The notes below the pieces were generated by a model. It did not search any database and was not told where the DNA came from. It saw only the letters and a program-made list of their open reading frames with translations. This document shows, one piece after another, positions 1 through 6,405 of a stretch of 20,000 nucleotides of DNA. The stretch's first letter is position 1. Every line of letters begins with the position of its first letter. Source of the stretch: an uncultured virus (IMG/VR IMGVR_UViG_3300025687_000023) (lineage: Duplodnaviria; Heunggongvirae; Uroviricota; Caudoviricetes); the IMG/VR virus record IMGVR_UViG_3300025687_000023. One strand, 5' to 3'. A program made the translations under genes and the position numbers.

Positions 1-432
1 GAAAGTTCTGTAATGCTTTTAGAACAAAAAAATGAAACTGAAGACAGACTTTTAATTTTAGAAAAAGAATTTTCTATAATTGACGAACAAACCAATGATG
101 CAATGCAATCTCTTGCATCTCATAGAGAAGAAATAGACAAGCTAAAAAGAGAAAAATCATTTAAACTAGCACAACACAAAGCTGCTGAATTGAAAAATCA
201 AGCATTTGAACAAATAAATGGCATTTCCGAAGATGCTGATTCTAAAGCAATAGAAAATATAAGAGAAGAAATAGATTCTGAAGTTGCAAAAGCAAACTTA
301 AATTCTGAAATGAACAAAAATTCTTATTCTTTTAAGATGAAAGCGTTAAAAACAAACTCTTCAAAACTAAAAGCACAAAAACAACTTGAAGCTTTAAAAC
401 AACAAAAAATAAAAATTGCAAAAAATTTATAA
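1..432 (+). CDS. PspA/IM30 (Vipp1)-family coiled-coil protein, C-terminal part (5'-truncated by window)
   Basis: Frame is open from base 1. The all-helical sequence EIDKLKREK..LAQHKAAE...EQINGISEDADSKAIENIREEIDSEVAKA...QLEALKQ follows the PspA/IM30 C-terminal pattern. Confidence 0.65.
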   Translation, partial: ESSVMLLEQKNETEDRLLILEKEFSIIDEQTNDAMQSLASHREEIDKLKREKSFKLAQHKAAELKNQAFEQINGISEDADSKAIENIREEIDSEVAKANLNSEMNKNSYSFKMKALKTNSSKLKAQKQLEALKQQKIKIAKNL

Positions 433-439
433 AAATTAC

Positions 440-468
440 TTGACAAATAAAACAAAACATGTTATATT
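440..468 (+). promoter_or_regulatory. sigma70-type early promoter P1
   Basis: TTGACA (440-445), 17 bp spacer ending TGT, TATATT (463-468); A-rich UP-like region; GGAGG RBS and ATG 497 follow. Confidence 0.9.
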
Positions 469-496
469 ATAAACATCAACAACAAACGGAGGAAAA

Positions 497-838
497 ATGA
501 AATATAAATTTGATTACAACGAATTTCAAAAAAACTATTCGGGAGAATCCACTGATAATTTTCTTGAATACCTGCAAAAAACAGATTTTAATTACTTTAC
601 ATGCCAAGAACAAGATAGTTACTTTGATTATGTAGAACAAAAGACCATAGAATCTTATGTAGATTATAAAAGAGGCTATTCTAAACAACTCTTGATAATT
701 CAAGAAAAAGAAACAAAAGAATACTATGGCATTGAATATACAGTCTACAATGATGGTGAAACTTATTCTGGCTCGTGGGAAAAATATAATAGAGTGAAAA
801 CTAGACCTGTCGTTTACAAGTACAAAGTAGCCGCATAA
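497..838 (+). CDS. hypothetical early phage protein (113 aa, Tyr/Glu-rich)
   Basis: Own promoter P1 and GGAGG RBS at 488-492; no family recognised. Confidence 0.85.
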   Translation: MKYKFDYNEFQKNYSGESTDNFLEYLQKTDFNYFTCQEQDSYFDYVEQKTIESYVDYKRGYSKQLLIIQEKETKEYYGIEYTVYNDGETYSGSWEKYNRVKTRPVVYKYKVAA

Positions 839-855
839 AAAATAAAAAAAAATAC

Positions 856-884
856 TTGACAAATAAAACAAAACATGTTATATT
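856..884 (+). promoter_or_regulatory. sigma70-type early promoter P2 (no ORF follows)
   Basis: TTGACA 856-861, 17 bp, TATATT 879-884; identical to the P1 core. Confidence 0.9.
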
Positions 885-890
885 AATAGT

Positions 891-965
891 ATAACAAACA
901 ACAAAACAAAACTTCATTAAGTTTGCTCTTTTCCTCCCATTTTTGTGGGAGGACCCTTTACATCG
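891..965 (+). ncRNA. candidate small non-coding RNA (two hairpins)
   Basis: Lies downstream of P2 with no + strand ORF. Hairpins AAACTT(909-914)/AAGTTT(919-924) and TCCTCCCA(932-939)/TGGGAGGA(946-953). Boundaries approximate. Confidence 0.45.
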
Positions 966-1001
966 CTGAAAAATAAAAATTAAAAAAAATAAAAAAAATA
1001 C

Positions 1002-1030
1002 TTGACACAATGTTAAAAACATGTTATATT
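1002..1030 (+). promoter_or_regulatory. sigma70-type early promoter P3
   Basis: TTGACA 1002-1007, 17 bp ending TGT, TATATT 1025-1030. Confidence 0.9.
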
Positions 1031-1041
1031 AATAACACGAT

Positions 1042-1079
1042 GGTTGATTGAGAGTTCAACCGAAATTAAAAACGCTCAA
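1042..1079 (+). promoter_or_regulatory. predicted H-type pseudoknot in 5' leader
   Basis: S1 GGTTGA(1042-1047)/TCAACC(1056-1061); loop TTGAG(1048-1052) pairs with CTCAA(1075-1079); A-rich linker between. Confidence 0.45.
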
Positions 1080-1114
1080 AACAATTAAGACATTTCAATT
1101 TATAAGGAGGATAT

Positions 1115-1378
1115 ATGTCTACAAATTCATTCACATTCAACGCTAACGTTTACACCGGAAGCTTCACAAAAAGAGATGGTTCTACACGAACAATGCGTTT
1201 CCTAAAGCAAAATGCTGTTCCACAATCTCTTCAAGGATCTGGACAAAAGCCACGTTATCTTGACACAAAACACGAAGTTGTATTCGATCTTGATCAAAAT
1301 GGCTGGAGAGTGTTTAATCACAATAGAGTTGTAGAAACACCAACATTTGAAAGACAAGAAGTAACTATCAACGGGTAA
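1115..1378 (+). CDS. WYL_2/DUF2693-like Sm/SH3 beta-barrel protein
   Basis: F-T-K-R-D-G-S-T-R-T-M ... V-F-D-L-D-Q-N-G-W-R-V-F matches the FxKxDGxxRxM...VxDxxxxxWRxF signature; AAGGAGG RBS. Confidence 0.7.
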   Translation: MSTNSFTFNANVYTGSFTKRDGSTRTMRFLKQNAVPQSLQGSGQKPRYLDTKHEVVFDLDQNGWRVFNHNRVVETPTFERQEVTING

Positions 1379-1423
1379 TTAACTCAACAAAATTTTCAAC
1401 AAACAAATATTTAAATAAGTTTT

Positions 1424-1546
1424 AATAACTTCCTCCGAGTTGTTTGCCAAGATCACCAACGCTTATAAAAAACTTGGCCCCTTTTTATCTTCCTATTTCA
1501 AGGACTGAAAATGGAAGCATTTATCTGGTTGAGACACAAAGTGTCT
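1424..1546 (+). other. multi-hairpin structured intergenic region / SSB leader
   Basis: Four consecutive stems: 1424-1431/1437-1444 (loop CCTCC); GCCAAG 1446-1451/CTTGGC 1473-1478 followed by a T-run; CTTCC..TTTCA 1489-1500/TGAAA..GGAAG 1506-1517; AGACAC 1532-1537/GTGTCT 1541-1546. Confidence 0.55.
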
Positions 1547-1592
1547 TTGCCTTAGACAGTTAAGTCAATAATAACAACATAGGAGTAAAATT

Positions 1593-2348
1593 ATGGCATT
1601 AGATCTAGAAGCAATGCGAGCTAAATTGGACGCATCAAAAAATGGTAACTCTGCAAAACAGCAAGATACCAAATGGAAACCAGAACAAGGAGACCAAACA
1701 ATTAGAATTCTTCCAACAAAAGATGGAGATCCGTTCAAGGAATATCACTTTCATTATAATGTTGGTAAAAATCCTGGGATTCTTTGTCCTAAGAAGAACT
1801 TTAATGAAGAATGTCCAATCTGTGATTTCGCGTCAAAGCTTTGGAAAGAAGGAGTTGAAAACAATGATGAAGTTGCTAAGCGAGAAGCTAAGAAATTATT
1901 TGTCAGAAAACGTTATTATTCTCCAATCTTGGTTAGAGGACAAGAATCAGAAGGCGTTAAAATCTGGGCTTACGGTAAGCAAGCTTATGAAACATTATTG
2001 GGGTATGTTTTAGATCCTGATTATGGTGATATTACAGACGCTGAAGCTGGAACTGACATAGTGTTAAATTATGATGTTCCTGGAACTCCTGGTTCGTTTC
2101 CAAAAACCACTCTTAAGCCTCGCCGTCGTCCATCCGTTCTTTGTGATGATGATGTTGCTGATTGCGAAGCTCTGCTTAACTCGGTACCAGACATTGGTGC
2201 TTTGTTTGAGCGAAAAACAACGGCTGATGTTCAAGCTATTTTGAACGAAGCTCTTTCTACTGACGGCTCTGAAGGTTCAACCTCCGAGACCTATAAGTAT
2301 GGTGAGCAAGATGCTGTTGATGCTGCCTTCGATAAATTGGGAGCTTAA
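1593..2348 (+). CDS. single-stranded DNA-binding protein, T4 gp32-like
   Basis: WKP..G..TIRILP, His/Cys zinc-type motif (FHY...LCPKK..EECPICD), G.KIW.YGK, DYGDITD..G.D and an acidic C-terminal tail; replication-module context. Confidence 0.85.
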   Translation: MALDLEAMRAKLDASKNGNSAKQQDTKWKPEQGDQTIRILPTKDGDPFKEYHFHYNVGKNPGILCPKKNFNEECPICDFASKLWKEGVENNDEVAKREAKKLFVRKRYYSPILVRGQESEGVKIWAYGKQAYETLLGYVLDPDYGDITDAEAGTDIVLNYDVPGTPGSFPKTTLKPRRRPSVLCDDDVADCEALLNSVPDIGALFERKTTADVQAILNEALSTDGSEGSTSETYKYGEQDAVDAAFDKLGA

Positions 2349-2359
2349 GAGAAACGGTC

Positions 2360-2384
2360 GCCCTCTCCGTTATGAGGGCACTTT
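2360..2384 (+). terminator. stem-loop after ssb (weak terminator or processing site)
   Basis: GCCCTC(2360-2365)/GAGGGC(2374-2379), followed by only a short T-run (ACTTT). Confidence 0.45.
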
Positions 2385-2404
2385 AATCAAATAAAGGAGA
2401 CAAA

Positions 2405-2605
2405 ATGATTAATTTATTATTATTAGCACTTATTGCATGTGGAGCTGAAGAAGAAACAGACACATCAAAAGAAGCTGAAGTGGAAGAAACACAAGAAGAA
2501 GTTACCGAAGAGCAAACAGAAGAAAGCTCCGAGGAAGTTCCAGCAGAGGAAGAAACAGAAGAAAGTTCTGAAGAAACTCCTGCCGAAGAAGGAACAGAAG
2601 AATAG
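2405..2605 (+). CDS. small acidic lipoprotein-like protein
   Basis: AAGGAG RBS; MINLLLLALIA-C lipobox followed by a Glu-rich disordered tail with a 13-aa repeat. Confidence 0.75.
   Translation: MINLLLLALIACGAEEETDTSKEAEVEETQEEVTEEQTEESSEEVPAEEETEESSEETPAEEGTEE
2515..2602 (+). repeat. 39-bp (13-aa) imperfect coding tandem repeat
   Basis: AACAGAAGAA starts at 2515, 2554 and 2593; TEESSEEVPAEEE / TEESSEETPAEEG / TEE. Confidence 0.8.
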
Positions 2606-2631
2606 TTCATAGTACCTCCGAAACAATGAAC

Positions 2632-2672
2632 ATGCAGGGTTAGGGAGTCTCCTGCGTTGAGAAATGACTCCC
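2632..2672 (+). promoter_or_regulatory. predicted H-type pseudoknot upstream of GHKL ATPase gene
   Basis: S1 ATGCAGGG(2632-2639)/TCCTGCGT(2650-2657), including 2 G-U pairs; S2 GGGAGTC(2643-2649)/GACTCCC(2666-2672), a perfect 7 bp. Confidence 0.6.
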
Positions 2673-2699
2673 ATTTTACTATCAACAAGGAGAGATACT

Positions 2700-4406
2700 A
2701 TGCCAAAATATTTTAGTACACCAGACCCAGCAAGACAATTAACAGAAATAATAAACAGAATAGGAAACCAAACACCAATAGAAATGATTATCAGGGAAGC
2801 AGCAATAAACGGTCACGATGCAAATAAAAGATTTTCTCGAGAAGTAAGAGGGGTTGTACATTTTACAAGAGACTGGGAATATCCTAAGAAACTATCTATT
2901 ATAAACTATAATGGAGAGTATTTTGGAGAAAAAAACTTAGAAGCATTTATGACAGTTGCATATACTAATAATTTAAATCCAGAGCAAACTTCAGAAAACT
3001 TTGGTATTGGAGCAAAAACTTCATATCTTTTGCATGGAGCTATGTTATACAGAACTAAAAAAGCGGGAGAAGAACTAGGAACTTATTTTATTATAGAGAA
3101 AGACAAAGAAACAGGAAACTATGGTTTAAGAGATATTTGGTGCCCTTATAATGAACATTGGACAAATACTCCGGTCTGTGATAAATTTTCTCAATATTTA
3201 ACTATTGATACTGAAGGTACTGAAATGGTCCTACTGGGAAATTCAGATGATCAAGACACTTTCCTTCAACTAGACCACAGCTCCAGTATTTCCGGAAAAT
3301 CAGAAGGTACAGGTTGGTCAATCTCTAACTATCTTAGTATGAGACTTTTCAAAGATATTGGCACTACTTTTAAAGTAGAAATTCAAAATACAACCACAAA
3401 TGAAAAAATTAGAGATAACAAGATTAAACCTTTGTTAGATTATTTATCTTCTTGTAAAAGATATGGAAACTTTCCCTTACAAGGTAATAACATTCCAGAA
3501 GGAACTATTGCTCACTATGGACTTGTCCCTCAAGGAGATAAAATAATGACTTTTAGCTCTGGTTTTGTTTCTTTCGCTTATAAGAATGAAAATTATTTAA
3601 ACCAAAAGATACATCCAGCTGCTAAAGCCCAACAGTTGATTAGTTGCGGAATTCATACAAAACCAAATAGTTGGTTTATTGTTTTTGAGTTACCAGAAAC
3701 AGAAAACATAAATATTGAAATGCATAGAAAATCTCTCGATGGTATCGAGAAGGAACTTTATTATAGTGCATTTGCACAGAATCTTCCGGAAGAAATATTA
3801 GATTGGTTGGAAAACGAAGTTAGCGCAAAAGATGATACAAGAGAAATTGATGATTGGCTCAAAGATAGATTTAAATTTAAAATAGAGCAAGACACATGTG
3901 GTAAAGAAAAGGGCGATAAGGTTTGTAATGATTCAGAAAAAACTATTCCTTTAACTCCTGAAGAGCAACAAAAAACAGCTAGAATTTCAAAATTTCAAAA
4001 AGAAAATAAAAGCACAATACCACCTAAAAAAATACAAAACTTTGACATCCCAAACCATAGAAGAGTATCTCATGGAGAAACTTTACCACTCGTTCAATTC
4101 AATTTTGATGCCTACACGATAACTGTAAATGAAGATAATCCTTTGTGGAAATACAGAGTTCAGCAAATTTCTAAGGATTTCAATACAGGTATTGAATCAA
4201 TAATAGAAACTGAAGTATATAGAAGAATCTTAGACTCAGCTATTGGGGCAATTTTTGAAATTCAAGAAGTATATCCAAAGGAAACAATACATAATAAAAA
4301 AGACAAGTGGAGTCCGGAAATCTTATCTAGCATTTGGACCAAAGATCAGGTCAATAATTCTAACAGATATTTAAAGAAAAAATATTCTAATTTTGTAAAA
4401 AAATAA
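2700..4406 (+). CDS. GHKL (HATPase_c / Hsp90-MORC-like) ATPase domain protein with unknown C-terminal region
   Basis: Bergerat motifs: REAAINGHDA (N-box), degenerate G1 (NYNGEYF), ENFGIGAK (G2), EGTEMVL (GT). The start at 2700 has an AGGAG RBS; the ORF-track start at 2664 lies inside the pseudoknot. Confidence 0.75.
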   Translation: MPKYFSTPDPARQLTEIINRIGNQTPIEMIIREAAINGHDANKRFSREVRGVVHFTRDWEYPKKLSIINYNGEYFGEKNLEAFMTVAYTNNLNPEQTSENFGIGAKTSYLLHGAMLYRTKKAGEELGTYFIIEKDKETGNYGLRDIWCPYNEHWTNTPVCDKFSQYLTIDTEGTEMVLLGNSDDQDTFLQLDHSSSISGKSEGTGWSISNYLSMRLFKDIGTTFKVEIQNTTTNEKIRDNKIKPLLDYLSSCKRYGNFPLQGNNIPEGTIAHYGLVPQGDKIMTFSSGFVSFAYKNENYLNQKIHPAAKAQQLISCGIHTKPNSWFIVFELPETENINIEMHRKSLDGIEKELYYSAFAQNLPEEILDWLENEVSAKDDTREIDDWLKDRFKFKIEQDTCGKEKGDKVCNDSEKTIPLTPEEQQKTARISKFQKENKSTIPPKKIQNFDIPNHRRVSHGETLPLVQFNFDAYTITVNEDNPLWKYRVQQISKDFNTGIESIIETEVYRRILDSAIGAIFEIQEVYPKETIHNKKDKWSPEILSSIWTKDQVNNSNRYLKKKYSNFVKK

Positions 4407-4434
4407 AAAACCATAATAATAAGGAGAAACAACA

Positions 4435-5556
4435 ATGGGAAAAGTAATACAAATGGCAACACAAAAAGCAGGAAAAATCAATATAGCAGACTTAAAAAAG
4501 TCAATGAATAAATCAATGGGAATTGAGGCAGCACATGACCTAAGAGAAGATAATCCAACTGAAGTTAAAGATTGGATTCCAACAGGTTCAAGATGGCTCG
4601 ACTCTATTATTTGTAAAGGAAAAATGGGAGGCATTCCCGTTGGAAAGATAACAGAAATTGCTGGACTATCATCTGTCGGTAAGTCTTATCTTGCTGTTCA
4701 AATAGCAGCTCAAGCACAAAAACAAGGAAAGTTTGTGGTTTATTATGATGCAGAATCAGCGATAGATCCTGTTTTTCTTTCAGATGCTGGAATAGACATG
4801 GATAATAACTTTCTTTATGTTCAAGCAGTTTCAGTTGAAATAGTTTTAAAAGCAATCGAAGATATGATGAACCAATACGGAGACCAACAACAATTTGTTT
4901 TTATTTGGGATTCAATTGCAGCAACACCATCAGATAAAGACTTAGAAGGCGATTTCAATCCTCAATCTTCAATGGCCGTTAAGCCAAGAATCTTTGCTAA
5001 AGCATTTCCAAAACTAACAATTCCTTTAGCAAATGGACAACACACTCTTATTCTTATAAATCAATTAAAAACAAACATCACAAGCAATATAGCTGAGGCT
5101 TTAACAACACCTTACATAGCACCTGGTGGTAAAGCAATAGAGTACTTCTGCTCACTTCGTATTTGGCTCACAGGTCGTAAATCAAAGCAATCTTTTGTTC
5201 TTGATGAATCAGGAAGACGAGTTGGATCTGAGGTTAAAACAAAGATAGTTAAATCTCGCTTTGGAACCCAAGATAGAATTTGCGTTTTTCAAATCCGTTG
5301 GGGAGATAATGTTGGGATCATGGATGAAGAATCATGGCTTGAGGTAATAAAACAATCATCTTCTTATAAAAACGCTGGTGGTTGGTGTGTCCTGGAGCAC
5401 AAAGGAAAAGAACATAAATTCCGAGCTAAAGATTGGATGGATAAACTAAAAGATAAAGAATTTAAAGAAATAGTTTCTGAAATAATGGATGAAGAATTAA
5501 TACATAAATTTGAGTCATCTGGCTCAAACATTGTTCCAGACGACATAGACGATTAA
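4435..5556 (+). CDS. recA: RecA/UvsX-like recombinase
   Basis: WIPTGS..LD, GGIPVGKITEIAG, Walker A GLSSVGKS, YDAESA, Walker B FIWDS, LINQL, PGGKAIEY. Confidence 0.95.
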   Translation: MGKVIQMATQKAGKINIADLKKSMNKSMGIEAAHDLREDNPTEVKDWIPTGSRWLDSIICKGKMGGIPVGKITEIAGLSSVGKSYLAVQIAAQAQKQGKFVVYYDAESAIDPVFLSDAGIDMDNNFLYVQAVSVEIVLKAIEDMMNQYGDQQQFVFIWDSIAATPSDKDLEGDFNPQSSMAVKPRIFAKAFPKLTIPLANGQHTLILINQLKTNITSNIAEALTTPYIAPGGKAIEYFCSLRIWLTGRKSKQSFVLDESGRRVGSEVKTKIVKSRFGTQDRICVFQIRWGDNVGIMDEESWLEVIKQSSSYKNAGGWCVLEHKGKEHKFRAKDWMDKLKDKEFKEIVSEIMDEELIHKFESSGSNIVPDDIDD

Positions 5557-5580
5557 CATAATGCTCCTGTTGTTGATGGT

Positions 5581-5611
5581 AGCCCCCTTGCATTCGCTTG
5601 GGGGTTTTTTT
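5581..5611 (+). terminator. rho-independent terminator after recA
   Basis: AGCCCCC(5581-5587)/GGGGGTT(5600-5606) stem followed by a T-run. Confidence 0.85.
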
Positions 5612-5624
5612 ATTTCTAAAGACC

Positions 5625-5631
5625 CTATTTA
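5625..5631 (+). promoter_or_regulatory. putative late-promoter motif CTATTTA
   Basis: Lies between the recA terminator and ATG 5650, where no sigma70 promoter exists; the same core recurs at 11889, 13074 and 19211. Confidence 0.5.
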
Positions 5632-5649
5632 CTAAAGCGGAGAAATGAC

Positions 5650-6405
5650 ATGAAATTAACTAAAAGTAATCTTTATAAACTTATAAACGAAGCAATAAAC
5701 GAAGCTTGGGCTGTTAAATCTGGGACTAGAATTCCCACACAAAAAGCTGGTTCTTCTTCTTTACAAGCAACACAATATCCAAACCCTGGAGATGCTTATA
5801 AAGCTTACCAAAATGGGGTTGAGTTACACGGTTGGGACAAATATGCACAAATAATTTCCGATCTTTATGATGCAGCTCCTGACTCTACACCTTCAGGTCT
5901 AGAGCAATTTAAGCAATTTCAAAGCAAAACAGCTTCATTACACAAACCAATAGAAGGGATCTATAACATTGAATATGTAGACAGACAACCTTATGTTTCA
6001 GCAAAAGAAATGTCAGACAAAATGAAAGAAACAGGTAAGTTTGAAATTTCATCTCAATTTCTTCAATCAGACGATCCAGAAGAAATAAAAACAAACTTAC
6101 AAAACAGAGCAGTTCATGATTATTATGGACACCTTAGAGCCAGAGGTCATGAAAAAGACCCATCAGTTATTGGAGAGTTCTCTTTGATTGGTGAATTGAT
6201 AGCTTATAACAATCAGTTAAAAATTACATCGCCAAAGATAGTTCCTTTGATGTTTACTCTTATTGTAGGACAAGCCGCCTATTTCTATTACAAAGGGCAC
6301 TTCCCGAAATTAAAACTATCAGAACTTCCTGGTGTTGATTATTTTAACATTGGAAACATTGATGGTTATGAAATAACACCAGACAATGATTTAAGGAAAA
6401 TATAA
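5650..6405 (+). CDS. MKLTK-leader protein with RAVHDxxGH domain (putative metal-binding enzyme; candidate head/ejected protein)
   Basis: N-terminus MKLTKSNLYKLINEAINE; core NRAVHDYYGH...FSLIGE...FTLIVGQ...GHF resembles a motif I recall from uncharacterised phage and polyvalent proteins. Confidence 0.6.
   Translation: MKLTKSNLYKLINEAINEAWAVKSGTRIPTQKAGSSSLQATQYPNPGDAYKAYQNGVELHGWDKYAQIISDLYDAAPDSTPSGLEQFKQFQSKTASLHKPIEGIYNIEYVDRQPYVSAKEMSDKMKETGKFEISSQFLQSDDPEEIKTNLQNRAVHDYYGHLRARGHEKDPSVIGEFSLIGELIAYNNQLKITSPKIVPLMFTLIVGQAAYFYYKGHFPKLKLSELPGVDYFNIGNIDGYEITPDNDLRKI

Larger units (their letters stand above)
437..885 (+). repeat. 33-bp exact direct repeat of promoter core (437-469 and 853-885) flanking gene 497-838
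   Basis: TACTTGACAAATAAAACAAAACATGTTATATTA occurs at both positions. Confidence 0.95.

Noticed and set aside
437..1030. Repeats as a CRISPR array or att sites
   Set aside because: The repeats are promoter cores with irregular spacing (416 and 146 bp), and there is no cas gene or integrase.
2383..2688. Minus-strand Ser-rich ORF, with a GGAGG-N4-ATG at 2619-2608
   Set aside because: It is the antisense shadow of the GAA-rich lipoprotein gene and no minus-strand promoter is visible. The RBS-like match is treated as an anti-SD element instead.
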